Origin: Eledone cirrhosa
Lineage: Eukaryota
Assembly: GCA_964016885.1 (NCBI GenBank)
Contig: OZ024745.1
Location: 32,364,001-32,428,000 of the forward strand
Direction of reading: 5' to 3'
DNA: 64,000 nucleotides
Made by a program: the position numbers and the translations under genes. Of the stretch, positions 50,241 through 64,000 are shown piece by piece (position 1 is the first letter of the stretch; each line of letters begins with the position of its first letter). The notes beneath the pieces are model-generated. The model saw only the letters and a list, made by a program, of their open reading frames with translations, had not been told where the DNA came from and did no database searches.

Positions 50241-51624
50241 GTAAGTAGTTTTATAGCTTTCTTTACAACCTTCTAACTAGTTTTTTAATGAAATGCCCTC
50301 TCTTTGTTTCAGTTAATTTAAAAAATAATCAAGAATTTAGATGTATTTGGTAAAATGACTGTTTCATTTGTGGGTTATTTAATTTCAAGTTAATACTGTT
50401 TGAGAAGATATAGAAACAAAGGCGTTCAAGCCATGACCATCATATTTGTTTCAATTTAACCCAGACAAAGCATTGTGAGATATGTAATAAAAGACATAAG
50501 TTTTAATCCGGTAGAAAAATATAAAGGGGAAATGATGACAAATAAAACAAAACAAAGTAATGTTTTACTCAGTGTATTTCAACATGATATTTCAGGGTAT
50601 AACCATTTTTCAAATGAACAGTTCAAAACAAAACAAACAAACGATCGATGTGTTCTTCCTTTAACTGGCCTACATGTGTTAAGATGGAGATTTGGCTGTT
50701 GTTTCTGACAATAAAAAGGCTTCCTTGTTAGCTCATTCTTTTATTCAAATATTAAGCTTGTGTTTGTAACCGCTGCTCACTGCTATCGGAGCAGAGTTGG
50801 CTGCCTGCAGGTGCTAGCACTGCAAAATGGAGTGACTGCTCCGATATGACTCCCTCACCATCCTCCAGGCCAGACCAGAACCTGGAGGCAAAAGGTATGA
50901 TAGGTGGAGGATACTCATTTTTGAGAACCTGGCCACCAATATACCCAGAAATGAGATCTGCTTTAAATCCTGAAAATTTTCCACTCCTATTAAGGACCTT
51001 GAAAGCTTAGAGACAGATTTAATGGACCCCATTTGAAAGGTAAAAGTTTTGGCGATATTCTAACCCTTTCTTAAACTATCAATCATACCACACACCTCAA
51101 AAAGATCCCAAACGTACACATGCTCACTGATCAAACAAAGAGTATATATGAAACAAACCACTACACACAAAATACTCCTGACTTACACCATCATCAACAC
51201 AAGAAAACCAACACTAAATATACAATGACTTAACTACTGAAGTGAAGGAGATAGCTATTCTACTCAAAATAGAAGATTGAGTGAATCACTTCACTACATT
51301 CTGTAAATTTCAGTTATATGCAAGCTGAACTTTTCACAGTGTTCTTACATTCTAACAACTTACTATCAGTTTGTCATAATATACACCTCATTATTCAATA
51401 TCTACCTTTCTGTTTTTTTTAATAGTGGAGTGTGATTTGTTAAATGAATAAAAATCTTTCTTGATGTCTTAGTACAATATCAACTACACTATGTATCGTC
51501 ATTGGAATTCTTCTCACCCAAATACCAACCCTTTGTGTTTTCTCGTTTTTGTTTAAAATAAAATAAGCATTCAGTTGTTCAACCTTCTGACATCCAACTT
51601 ATGAAATTAATGTGTATACAGATT

Positions 51625-52125
51625 CATATTTTAGAGAGACATGTACCTTTGATACATATTTTAGAGGCACATGTACCCTTGATATATATTTTAGAGAGTC
51701 ATGTACCTTTGATACATATTTTAGAGAGCCATGTATGTTTGATACATATTTTAGAGAGCCATGTACCTTTAATATATATTTTAGAGTCATGTACCTTTGA
51801 TATATATTTTAGAGTCATGTACTCTTGATACATATTTTATAGAGCCATGTACCCTTGATACATATTTTAGAGACATGTACCTTTGATACATATTTTAGAG
51901 AGCCATGTACCCTTGATACATACTTTAGAGAGACATGTACCCTTGATACATATTTTAGAGACATGTACCTTTGATACATATTTTAGAGAGCCATGTACCC
52001 TTGATACATAATTTAGAGTCACATGTACCCTTGATACATATTTTAGAGAGCCATGTATCCTTGGTACATATTTTAGAGAGACATGTACCCTTGGTACATA
52101 TTTTAGAGTCACATGTACCTTTTGA
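51625..52125. repeat. 30-bp minisatellite, about 17 copies (CATATTTTAGAGAGCCATGTACCCTTGATA)
   Basis: Period 30 read directly; intronic in the PH gene. Confidence 0.95.
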
Positions 52126-52937
52126 TACAATTTTCAAGCCAAATCTATATGACACAATTTTAAAAGGTTGGACCTTTGAATTACTGGTACAATTCAGCAA
52201 GAAAAAGAACAAGATCAGGTCGTCCAGCCCAGTTAAGTGGGCATTGACCTTTGAATAATATCAGATTCAAATTGTGACCCATTCAACTCATACCAGAATA
52301 GAAAGTGGATGAATGGATGATGATGGTGAGAATAAGGATGATGATGATGGTGGTGATGATGGAGATGATGATGATGATGCCAAGGAGGAGGAAGAGATGT
52401 ATGATGGTGATGATGAGCATGATTCTACCATTCAATCCAAATTAAATAACAACAAATTCAATTCAATAGAATCACATGTAAGCTATAAATCCCCTTTTGT
52501 TAAAATAGAGAAGTCTTTCATATAAAATTATTATGTGTCGTACACCATAATTTCCATTCATTTATATGGCTGCTATAGATTAAGTAAAAAAAAATGTACA
52601 TTTGTTATTCAAAGATTCTTGAAATGTACTTTTATGCTTGATATATTGAGCAGGTTGCAGTGAATGTGTTGAATGAAATATTGTATGGTATTTCTACCAA
52701 CTCTCTACATGTTGAGTTCAAATTCCACCAAAATCTTCAAGAAAGAGCCAATAAAGTGCCTATTGTGTATTGGGGTGAGGGTGACTATGTCTGAAAAGGT
52801 GTTGTCTCATAAAAACACCCACTGAAAGCAACCAAAAACCCTCTTTCTATTCTCCTATGAAAGGGTTTTTCATGGGAACTACCTGTTGTTACTTGTTGAC
52901 CAGATGGTGCAAAGAAGGATATTGCTCGGAGTAAATA

Positions 52938-53128
52938 CAAGGGTTGGCTAAAAATTTCATAGGCTGACCAAGATACTCTCATGGAATGACCAAATGAGGT
53001 TTATTTTTCAACATAGTCCCTGGAAAGAAACAAAGCAGTTATTAAAAATAGTTGAAATTAATGCATGCAAGACTTCACAGCTCTAGCAGCACTCTTTCAT
53101 AGCTAATGATCTTATCAGCTGACCCTTG
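52938..53128. mobile_element. Mariner-type MITE
   Basis: TA on both sides; TIRs CAAGGGTTGGCT / AGCTGACCCTTG. Confidence 0.85.
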
Positions 53129-53554
53129 TATTAGTCAAACCAATGATATTATAAGAATTATTTGAACATAAGATAGAATGCCTTGCTGCATTTATTTTAG
53201 ATTGCTGCACAGTTAGTTCTAAGGGTTAGAGACATTATTCAAATTTTGGCAGAATCGATAGAGTATCAGCCAAAATACATGTGACATTTTGTTACATTCC
53301 TTTACCTTCTAAGTTCAAATCCTACGTTGGTTGATTTGGATTTTTATCATTCTGATGTCAATAAAATAAATACCAGTCAAGAGTTGGGACTGATATTCAG
53401 TACATATATTAGTTTGGCCCTGATTAAGTGCGCAGCCGAGTGGTAAAGAGTGTTGGACTTACTATCATAGTTTCATGGATTCAATTCATTGACTGGGTTA
53501 TGTGTTGTGTTCTTGAGCAAAAAAACTTCATTTCACATTGCTTCAGTTTACTCA

Positions 53555-54360
53555 TGAGATGCAGTTTTGATTTGTGCCAGAAAGGAGTACTACAGACGGT
53601 CCCTTAATGAAATAACAAGAGAAGTTCCTAGCTAAGAATAAGCCACTATATCTAGCTTTTGTTGATCTAGAGGAGGCCTTTAACAGACAACCACGACCTG
53701 CCATCTGGTGGTCCTTAAGAAAACTGGCTATAGATAAGTGGCTTATGAGAGCCATGTATAGAGGTGCTATCAGGAAAATGAGAGTAGGTAATGAGTATGT
53801 GGAATTCAATGTGATGTTCATCAGGGCTCTGTCCTCAGCCCACTCTTGTTTATTATGCCCAGGAATAGCTATGAACAAGAACACCAGTGAAATAAACATT
53901 TTCCAATCTTTGGAAGGCATCATAGAAGTAGTTGATAGCTTCTGTTACCTAGGATACCTAATTAGCAATGGAGGAGTGTGCTCTAAAAGCAGAGTAGCTA
54001 CAATAAAAACTGGATGGAAAAGGTTCTGGGAGCTACTACTCTATTGATAACAAAAGTTTATTCTCTCTACAAACAAAAAGCTGGCTATATGTTGTCTGTG
54101 TGAAGTGCAATGGTGCATGAAGTGTAAGAAATGATGAAAGCAAGGTCCAATGGATGTGTGATGTTAATGTGTATGAATGGCAAAGCATGGCTGAGTTGAG
54201 AGCAAAACTAGAATATAAGAGGAATTAGATGAAGCATGCAAAGGAAAAGATTGCATTGAAATGGATACAGGATGCATATGGATGATAATCGTTGGGTGAA
54301 AAAAGTGATGAGAGATCCCAGTGGAAGGAGGCTGCAGTAGAGGAAGACCGAGGATACTTA
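53555..54360 (+). mobile_element. Degenerate RTE LINE fragment
   Basis: QEKFLAKNKPLYLAFVDLEEAF, MRVGNEY, VVDSFCYLG, TGWKRF with disablements. Confidence 0.88.
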
Positions 54361-54530
54361 ATACCTGTAGTAGGTTATATGTATTCATTAAATGCTAATG
54401 ATTCAGTTCTTCATTATTTCATCGATATTTGTGCTCATTTACCTGAATAAATGCATACAATCAGAAAATTCACGTTAGTGCCAGAGTGAATCATTAACTT
54501 TGAACGAATATAGTATATATATAGTATTTG

Positions 54531-54872
54531 CAAGGGTCAGCTGAAAAATCTATAGGCTAACTAAAATACTCTTTTGGAATGTGACCAAATGAGGTTTATT
54601 TTTCACCATAGTCACTTTTGTAGTCCACACACTTCTTCCATTGGTTTTGCAGTGCTTGGATCCCATTGATGAAGAAGCTTTCATATTGTTAGTCAAAAAA
54701 GTCATCAACAATAGATATAACATCATCATCATCATTGCAATACTGGTTCCCAGCCAAGTGTTTTTTTTTTTCATGATGGGGAACAGTTGATAGTTAGATG
54801 GGGCCAAATCAGGAGAATAGGGAGGGTGATCAACCAATTCAAAGCCACAGTCAACTTTTCAGCCGACACTCA
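54531..54872 (-). mobile_element. Internally deleted mariner element with transposase C-terminus
   Basis: HPPYSPDLAPS motif on - strand; both TIR-like ends match the MITE family. Confidence 0.88.
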
Positions 54873-55196
54873 TATATTCGGCAGATTTTCCTTTAATTGA
54901 GAGGATTTGAATGATGCAACTAAGGTGGTTTGTGGCACATTGTCAGGATGAGGGAAAGCAAGCATGGAAAATAGAGATAAATGACAGAAGACCTGTTGGA
55001 AGGCCAAGATAACCTTGGAATGATAACATAAAAGATCTCTCAAGTAAGAGATAGACACAAAAGAATGCTTTAGAAAGGGATAGCTGGAGAGAATGTATCA
55101 AATTACAAAGGCCAGGACCCAGCAACATTGCTAGATAAAGTGGATGATGATGAGATTGTCCTGTAGTTGGTTTCTAGCTATTAGGATTTCTGACTA

Positions 55197-55362
55197 GGAG
55201 GGTAGGCTGAAAAGTCCATAGGCTGACTATGATGGAGTAATGCTAGAGCTGTGAAATTTTACACTAATTTCAACTCTTATTAATAACTGCACTGCTTCTT
55301 TCCAGGAACTATATTGAAAAAATAAACCTTGGTCAGCTTATGAACTTTTCAGCCAACCCTCA
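55197..55362. mobile_element. Mariner-type MITE
   Basis: TA flanks; GAGGGTAGGCTGAAAAGT / ACTTTTCAGCCAACCCTC TIRs. Confidence 0.82.
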
Positions 55363-56279
55363 TATAATAAAGGATCCATTCTCTTTATGTACATGTTCAT
55401 AGGGAAATTAGTTAGGACTAGCTGTATTTTCTAACTACTGATGGATTGACATAACTAATTGTAGGCCTCCATGTTTACATTTGAAAAGGGTTAAGTTTAC
55501 TAAAATTATATTGAATGTCCATTGTAGAATGGAAATTTTGTATTTCCATACTTGTGACAAGGCTCTTCAAACAGTACCATTTATTTTGTAATATAATTAT
55601 TGACAAATCATTAATTTAGTATTGTTCTAATTAAAATTATAAGATTTATTCAAAAATTCAATACGTAACTTCGATTTTTTTTTTTTTTATCTAATAAAAT
55701 GAATTCTTTATGATTCACATAAAATTATTTCCTTTTCATTTAATAATTTCTATAGAAGTAAATTCCAAGAATTTTTCAATTTTCTTCTTTCTTTATTTTT
55801 ATCAAAACAAATTTTTTTTTAAACCTTTTTTTTTTCTAGTTTTACTTGTTTTCGATATTTGAATATAATTCATATTTTGAAAACTTTCATTTATGAATAA
55901 ACATTTAGTTTCATTTTGGGGAAAATTTGATGAATGAAAATCCCCAAATTTGAAATGATAATAATATTCATCATCATGATTATCACCATCATAATCAGTA
56001 GCAAAAGCAGCAAAATATTTTTGTTCACTTCTTTTATCATGTTGACATGTTTTGGACGAATGAAAGTAAAAATAAAAATACAAAGTGACTAAAATTCTGT
56101 TATATGACAATTTTGATTAAAAAAAAATATTAAATATAATAAAGTAATTTAGTTCTGGAATTCTTTAATAATCTAAATATAGATGAAGTAGAATTGAAGA
56201 AGAGAGTGAATTACTTCTTCATACACATAATCATACCAATATACTGTTATCAACAAGGATTAAGTGTAATTAACAGTAG

Positions 56280-56670
56280 GGTAGTGGGTAGACAGAATTG
56301 TTAGAGTGTCCAGTAGAATGTTTTACAGTATGTAGTTTACAGGTCTCTACATTCTGAGTTCAAATCGTACTGAGGTCAACTTTGTCTTTTATCCTTCTGG
56401 GATTGATAAAATAAAGTACCCCTCTTCTGAAAAGTGTTGGCCTTGTGCCTATGTTATAAACAATTATTATAACAGTGTAATGGTAATAGATTGGCAGAAT
56501 TGTCTGAGTGTCAAATAAAATACTTTGTGGTATTTTTTCTGGTTCTTTACATTCTGAGTTCAAATCCTGCCAAGGTCAATAAAATAAAGTAAAATTCTGG
56601 GGGGTCAGTTTAATCAAATTTTCCTTCTGTGAAAACTGCTGGCCTTGTGGCTAAATTAGAAATCATTATT
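56280..56670 (+). mobile_element. Two tandem tRNA-derived SINEs (MetaSINE-like family)
   Basis: Two heads with B-box GAGTTCAAATC and GATAAAATAAAGTACC / GGCCTTGTGC bodies. Confidence 0.78.
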
Positions 56671-57269
56671 TCTAATGGTGTAATCAGACCTAATAGTGTA
56701 ATGCACATGACCTTTTGTATAGCCTTCAAAAATAACAGAAGGAAATTCTTTCACACTGGATAGTTAGTTAATTTGAGGGTTTGCAGCTAATGTCAGTTGA
56801 TGGAGTTCAAGAAGATGATGGATTAATTATATATCACCTTACAGGCATAATATCATAAAAGCACTTTAGTAGTGAGATGATGCTGCTGGTATGACTACAT
56901 GATTCTCAAGATTTCAAACAAGAAATAATAGAAGAGCAGAGATGACCATGACTAGAAATTATGATCTAATAGCTAATTTGAATTTGATTGGCTACCTCTA
57001 GGTCATAAGTCTATTTAAGCATAAAGTTAACCAATGTTGCCCAATAACAAGAAATGGAAATTCTATATAATTGCTCAACCTGTTAGAAATAGCAGTCATA
57101 TCTCTCTCAAATTACTCTTATAGTAAGTCTTAAAAGAGAAAAAATACATTGGATAATGCAATCCTAGATGTTTAGAAAGAAAACAGTATGGCCATGGCTG
57201 AAATGCCTTTCATCATAACTCTGCCGAATATTCCCTTTTCTCATGTTAATCATCAACATCACATATTGT

Positions 57270-57720
57270 CTATTCTCAGCAGGTTCAATACCATGGAGTT
57301 TCATCTTAGTCTTTCTTTTTTCTTTATTGTTTATTGTACTGCCCTTATACATTGACTATTTTAAAATCTGTACCATTCACATTATTCATCTGTATGATTC
57401 TTGATTTTCCTTTTCCCCCATTCATTGTCTTCTATTAATAGTCACTGTAAAGATTTTTCTAATTAAGTGTCCAAATTATTAAAAATTTTCTCTTTGAGGA
57501 TGTCTTACAAAATGCTCTTAATCTTTGTCATTCTTAGTACTTTACCATTTGGTTTTTGTATTCTGTCCATGATATTCTCAGAATTCTTCTATCTGCCCAC
57601 ATCTCAAAGACTTTTTTAATCTATTTGAAAGTATTTTTGTAAAAACTCATGTTTCAGACCCTAATATTAGAATGAACTAATCTTTTTTTCTGGATTTGAT
57701 ATTAATATTTCTTGATGTGT
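57270..57720 (-). mobile_element. Old RTE (BovB-like) C-terminal fragment
   Basis: Minus-strand FEMWADRRILRISWTE motif. Confidence 0.7.
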
Positions 57721-57810
57721 CTAAATTAGGCATCAAAATATCTGATATAGAAGAATAATTTTAATAATAATATGCAAAATTTTCTTTTTTTTTTATCCAT
57801 ATAATTCTAG

Positions 57811-58034
57811 AACCGAACTGTTGTCCGATGGTTTATATTTGGTTTACGGAACAAAGTATTACCTTTCCTTGAAACTTACGACACATCTGAGAACTGGAAG
57901 AAGAAAAAGCCTCTTCATTATTATGACTTAGCTGAGTGTAAGCAAATCACATATAATGCAGGGAGTCACCTTACAAACTATTCCTTTTGTTTGTTGTTAC
58001 CAGACAAAGTTTTAGAATTAAAAGCAAAAAATAG
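57811..58034 (+). CDS. Exon of the PH-domain protein (beta-2 to beta-7)
   Basis: Pyrimidine tract plus ctag acceptor and AG|gtaatt donor; phase-0 start matches the upstream exon; NRTVVRWFIFGLRNKVLPFLETYDTSENWKKKKPLHYYDLAECKQITYNAGSHLTNYSFCLLLPDKVLELKAKN. Confidence 0.9.
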
Positions 58035-59519
58035 GTAATTATATAGTTTTCTACTTCTTAGTGAACTCAAATTTGTTTTATTTTGTTTTTAATATTTCAG
58101 TATGAAAACAGGAGCTGTGTCTATGGCTTTTGCAGGCCCTCTAACTGCTGTGATAGCAACATGGAGGATGTTCTTGAACAACTCTTTATTGATGGCTGCA
58201 ATGTGGGAAAAAAATGGGCGGGGATTGAATTCCAGAATGTTGATATTCTGGGAAAAAAGGGTTGGAGAAAAATGGTTTCTGGTGGGTTTAGTGAAAGAAA
58301 AGGTCACAATATGTATAACAAGAAAAGAGACAAATGAGTTGGATGTGCCTGATTTAAGGTGGCACAAAACCAGACAGTTCAGTGGTGAGTGTAGAGGAAG
58401 TAGAGGAAGTAGAGGAGTGTAATGATACAGTGCACTGTGAGGCCAGAAGCTGGAGTGATTTGGAGAGTAATTTCATGCCAGTCACTTTTTGTAAATTTAT
58501 CTAATGCAGTCTTGAATATCTGTTCTGTGTGTATCCAGTTTAGAATGAGTACACCAGAAGAGATGACTAAAGAGTTGGTATGACTAAAGGAAGGGCATCC
58601 AGCTGTAAAGATTTACCTCAATGATGAGTATGATTATATATGAACAAAGTCTATCCCATAACTCTAGTAGAGAAACCTGCTTCATGTCTCTTGTGGAGAC
58701 CAGTATATGAGGTTTGGAACAACGAATGCAGAGACTATGTATAAGTATAAAGTGTGTATGAAAGATGTTGCAGTTGGAGAGGATGATGAGCTGGATCTTG
58801 AAAATGGCATGAAGTTGAAAGGTGAGAAAATGTGTAGAATGGAGAAGGTAGATTAGACTCATTGATAGTAGCTAGAGTTAGATACACATGGAAGAAGTTC
58901 AAGGGAAATGAATAGCATCCTAATGAGGAGGGGAAAGTTGCTGAAATGTATGTTGTATATGTGAGAAGTGTTATGATTCATGGGAACAAGATGTGGGTGA
59001 TGAAAGTGGTGCAGCAGAGAATGAAATTGGGAATGATTTGGGAAATAAATAGATTATCCCCAGAAAGAGGAGGATAAAGAATGAATTGCAGGAGATGATG
59101 AAAAGAGAGCCAGTGATAAATGTTGTAAATAGAAAAGGAATGAAATGTTTGAGATGAAAAGGGCTGGGTGAGAGGAGTAATGGAAATATATATGTAAGGA
59201 AGTAGAGGAAGGAGACCAAGAAAGACATGGCTGAAGAGATTGGAGAAAGAAATGAAGAGTGATGCAGAAGATGGTGCAAAATTTAGAATCTTGTCATGGG
59301 GCCAGCTGAGTTAACTCCTGTTTATCAAGGAAAATAGCCATAAAACACAAGAGAGAATGTCTGTATGTCTAGTAGTAGCATTGTTCCAACTGTAGAATCA
59401 ATATTCATTGTAGGTTTCATAATATCCTATTGGAATGGTAATTATCTCCAGTATTTGTTTAAGGAAAAGAAATTCACATTAGCTAAATTCTACATTAGTG
59501 AGCTTAATACTCATCCCTA

Positions 59520-59705
59520 ATGGACCCCAACCTTGACTTCAAACTCGTCACTGTTCCTGTTCTTCATCCTTATAGCTGTGCATGCTCCCTCATATATTGT
59601 CATCACTACTGTAACCAACTACTCCGCCATTCCCATCTTTCTTAATATCTATATTCCGATTTCCTGTGGAACCCTATCAGAAACTTTCTGCAGATCAACA
59701 AACCC
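59520..59705 (-). mobile_element. RTE reverse-transcriptase fragment
   Basis: VDLQKVSDRVP...SDEFEVKVGVH on - strand, with stops. Confidence 0.8.
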
Positions 59706-60864
59706 CCAAAACAACTTTGTTTGTGACAGTTCATGATTATATAATCTTTTTACATATATTATCAAACCCACACTGTAAAGTGGTTGTGTAGGTGACATGA
59801 CAAAAAGAACTCAGCCCACACTGTAAATGTGGTTGGTGTTAGGAAGGGCATCCAGCCATAGAAACCAATCTCTCTAACCGACTCTAATGTGGAAAACGAT
59901 GATGATGAGGTCTGACTTGGCAATCCTCACCAAGTCTGCTCCCAGTTTGTTTTCTTTGTTTTTCTTAAGAGATGGTAGTGTGCAATTTTAGAGGTATTTC
60001 ATTACTATTTCTAGTAGGTCAGGCTTTTCTGGAGAAGTAGGCAGAGGATAAATTAAGAGAAAAATGAACAGTGTAACTTAGACATCAACTACAACTTTTA
60101 TTTGAAGAAAGAATATGTACATTAAAAGAACAAAATCTGTTTTGTATATTTGTATACTGAATGAAGGCTGTTTCTAATGTATTATATAGACTTTATTAGC
60201 ATATGCAATTCATCAATGTATTAGCCATTGTAAAGAAAGTACTTTTTTGTGTCATACTTGTTTTTTATCATCACCACACAACTACTATACTACAGCTGCT
60301 GCTGTTGTTGTTAGTTGTTTAGTACCAGAATGATGTTATGTCTTTTATCAACATTGCTACTAAAGTAAGCCACAGAATTTTTGGCACATGAAAGTAAAAC
60401 CAGAAAAATCTAGCCTTCCTTCCATTTGACATAGCACATTTTCTCTCTTCAGTTTAAATGAAAAAAAAAATATATTTTTGTAACTATAACCAATTTTTCA
60501 CTGTCTTTGCATTTATAAATGTAGTCCTTCTCTGTCTCACACACATGCATTCATAAATAAACAATCTCATATATAATAAATATATATATACATACATACA
60601 CACACACGTGTATATATAACCATACATATAGACATATACACACATATATGTAGATATATTTGTGTGTGTGTCTGTCCAATTTAGAATAAGTACATCTCTG
60701 CACAAAATAAGAGATGTGTATATATATATATTAGAAAGTCACGGCCCACCTACTGAGCTCTTGCCAGCAATGGCTCAGCTGTCAGGCTGTAATTCCTACT
60801 ATATTTACACTCTATTATCCCAAGTATCGAGTACTAGTTTAAACTGGTATAATCTTGATATATA

Positions 60865-61100
60865 TCATCATCATCATCATCATCAGCATTTCATTTTACG
60901 TCCACTTTTTCCCTGCTTGCAAGGGTGGGACGGGAACTGATTCTGGCTTGATTTCTACAGCTGGATCTCCTTCCTAACACCAACCTCATTTACAGTGAGT
61001 GCTGGGTGCTTTTTTACCGTGGCACCTCCACGACCATTTTACAGTGTGGGCTGGGTGGGGTTTTTTTTGCCGTGGCACCTCCACGACCACTTTGCAGTGG
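60865..61100 (-). mobile_element. RTE 3'-UTR-only insertion
   Basis: Reverse complement of the 38230-38400 UTR with a (CAT)n tail; similar tips at about 11835, 35065, 42520, 45165, 48360 and 59765. Confidence 0.8.
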
Positions 61101-61827
61101 AATGATAGGGACTGGGGTCCCAGACCCTATCATCTCATTTCTACAGCTGAGAAAACTGGAGCAATGTGAAATAAAGTGTCTTGCTCAAGGAAACAACACA
61201 TCACCTGGTCTGAGAATTGAACTCACAACCTTTCGATTGCAAGGCCAATGCTCTAACCACTAAGCCATGTGCCTCCATATATATATATATACACACACAC
61301 GCACACACACAGAGATATGCACGTGCGATACATGAAATACATGTAGGGAACTTCTGATTTGACCACCTTTTAACAACAACAAAATTTATATCTTGATAAG
61401 TTTCATGAAAGATGAAAGCACTAGGTTCAAATGTTAAACAATGCTTTATTATTATATACATTTGTCCAAGTGATAAGCAGTGTATTATAACTTCTGATAA
61501 TAATATTTTATATATATATCTCATCATTATCAATATTTAACATCTATTTCCCCGCTAGTAAAGGTTGGATGGGTCATGAGAGACTAATAAGTACTTAATT
61601 GGAAGCACTGATCTCTTAGATTGCTCAGAACCTTATCTCATTTACATAGGTCTTCACATTCTACAGAGTGTTCCATATATTCTGTCATGGCACCAGCACT
61701 AGAGAAGTCATCAAACCACCTATTTTAAAGAGTTTCAATTTAAATTAAAATCTTCCAGCATAATTTGACCTAAGAACCTTTTGTTAAATTATGTTATAAC
61801 ATATTAATAAAGATATAATTAATAATT

Positions 61828-62010
61828 GTTTCTACTTTAGGCACAAGGGCAGCAATTACCCAGTACATTACTGGTACTTTATTTTATCGACCCCGTAAGG
61901 ATGAAAGGCAAAGTCAACCTCGGCGGGATTTGAACTCAGATCGTAAAGGGACATAACTATGCTGGTAAGCATGGCGTCCGACCCTCTACTGATACTGCCA
62001 ATCCACTGCC
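61828..62010 (-). mobile_element. Young tRNA-derived SINE (MetaSINE-like), best-preserved copy
   Basis: Reverse complement reads GGCAGTGGATTGGCAG..., B-box GAGTTCAAATCCCGCC, then GCCTTTCATCCTTACGGGGTCGATAAAATAAAGTACCAG. Confidence 0.85.
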
Positions 62011-62760
62011 CATTAGATATAATTAATAATTTTCATAAATCATACCCAAATTATTCATTAATTGATTCAAATACAGTCTATTTTATTAGAACTACGGTCA
62101 CAAAAGGGTTAAGATAGATTTTATTCAATCAATTTACACCACCCAACATGATATCCATCACAGAGCAGCTAAATTTTTATTTCTATTCCAAACATAAAAA
62201 GAATAGCAGCAATCTCATTATTTTCTTCGGTGAGGGTTCACATTTTTTTATCCTTGCCTACCTAGCTATATATCCACCATCAATTGCACCACAACCAGCA
62301 CCACTACACCACCATCACTCATACCACCACCACCACCACCACCATTATCACTCATACCATCACCACCACTACCTCCACCACTACACTACCATCACTTATA
62401 CCACCACCACTACCACTATGATCACCACAATCAGTACCTTCACCCCCCCCCATCACCACCAACATCACCACTATCACCACCACCACCACAATCAGTACCC
62501 TCCACCACCACCGTCACCACTACCATTACTATAATCACACTATGCCACTCTTCTAGCAGAGAAACAATCTCACATGAGCAATCCCTTAATATTTCTTATC
62601 TCTTTGACATAGAAGTATATTTGAAGTGCTTCAGCAACAATAACAACAGCTACTACTACTACCACTACCACCACCACTATTACTACTACTACCACAACCA
62701 CAACTACTATTACTACTACTACCACACTACTACTACCACACTACTACCCCCACCACCACC

Positions 62761-62792
<32 letters not shown>

Positions 62793-62929
62793 CTCAATGC
62801 TACTCCCCCCACTACTTCCTCAATGTTACCACCAACAATGGTATCAACATTTACAACAGCAACTGTAGTAACAATCGTGATGACCACGATGACAACAGCA
62901 ACAATATTTCCTACAATTATAACAGGATG

Positions 62930-63090
62930 CAGACATGGCTGTGTGATGAAGAAGCTTGCTTCGTACACATGTAGTCCTAGGTTCAATCCCACAGTTTGGA
63001 ACCTTGGACAAATGTCTCCTCCCATTACAGCATGTGACCAATACCTTATGAAATGAATTTAGTAGATGGAAATAGTACAGAAACCCGTTG
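62930..63090 (+). mobile_element. tRNA-derived CORE-like SINE
   Basis: A-box-like CATGGCTGTGTG, B-box GGTTCAATCCC, then ACCTTGGACAAATGTCT; ends in a TG/TA repeat. Confidence 0.65.
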
Positions 63091-64000
63091 TGTATATATG
63101 TATAACATCTATCGATCCCATACCAGTAATTGGGGCAGGTTGGTTGTTTTACTAGGAGAGTGAAGGTATGGTTTTGGAGGAGGTGTTTGAATTTAATTTA
63201 TGTTGTGTAGTATGTGTCTGGTTTGTGGGGTCTGTTGCTGGATTATGGTTTGAGTTCATGGATAGCATGGGTTTGGTGTAAATTTGTTTAGGTTCAAGTT
63301 AAGGCAAATGACAGTTTTGGTGTCCTTGCTCCTAGGGCCATCTTCCTACTCACCATCAGCACACAGTTGGCTACCTGCAGGTGTGAGCCTTGTGAGCTGG
63401 AATGGATCTTCCAGTGTGCCACCCTTACCATCCTCCAGAGAAACACCTCTATTCTGCCTACCAGGGCCACAGGGCAGCCTACACATGGGCCTCCATTTTT
63501 TCATAATAATGAGAGATGGGGAAAGCAGGAGAGATGGAGGCAGTGACAGTGGGAGTTTGGTTCTTTTGTGTTCGGACCTGGTGTATATGTTTCATGGACA
63601 CATATGCTCCTGATATAAAGTTATACAAACAAACAAAAAAACACAATATGTGTATGGATGCAGGAATGGCTGAGTGGTTAAAAATTTCATTTTGGGATCA
63701 TAGGGACCTGGGTTTGATCCCACTGCATGATATCTTAGGTATCTTTCAACATAATCATTGAGAGGATTGTCTAACACATGCAGAAACGGAAAAAGATGTG
63801 AAAATGGTAATGATGGTGCTGATGATGATGATTAATTAAATTAATTACCATTGTCTAAAATACTGTTAATTCAAAACAAAATTAGATTTTGACTGTTTGC
63901 TTGCAAGCAAATTGAATATTTTAATTATTCGATATAAAACTCACAAATGCATTTACTGTTAATTCAAATTTTCCTTTTCATATCCATATTAATTGCTAAC

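Noticed and set aside
61940-62010. Possible tRNA gene (A/B boxes)
   Set aside because: No cloverleaf; it is the head of a multi-copy SINE.

Overview
AT-rich, repeat-saturated animal genomic DNA. It is most likely an octopus-like cephalopod, inferred from repeat content only (RTE LINEs with (GAT)n tails, tRNA-derived SINEs, very long (TA)n/(TATG)n tracts). The only well-supported host coding sequence is two in-phase + strand exons (50113-50240, 57811-58034) that together encode most of a PH domain. A candidate CCAAT/X-box promoter lies near 44.2-44.6 kb. The rest is mobile DNA: a 5'-truncated RTE LINE with a 956-aa ORF (APE-RT with an inserted PHD-like finger), many RTE fragments, CR1 and R4/Dong 3' ends, hAT and mariner remnants, piggyBac/hAT/mariner MITEs, SINEs and four minisatellites. 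The most striking signal is a cluster at 22.5-27.9 kb of three short fold-back elements, unrelated in sequence and each set in (TA)n. Each carries a type-I hammerhead ribozyme motif (CUGANGA...GAAAC-palindrome-GUH) reading outward from the hairpin apex, a Penelope-like/retrozyme-type architecture. A fourth TA-targeted family carries a hammerhead-shaped motif with a non-canonical core. There is no CRISPR array, and most ORFs in the supplied track are translations of repeats. Boundaries of degenerate repeats are approximate.
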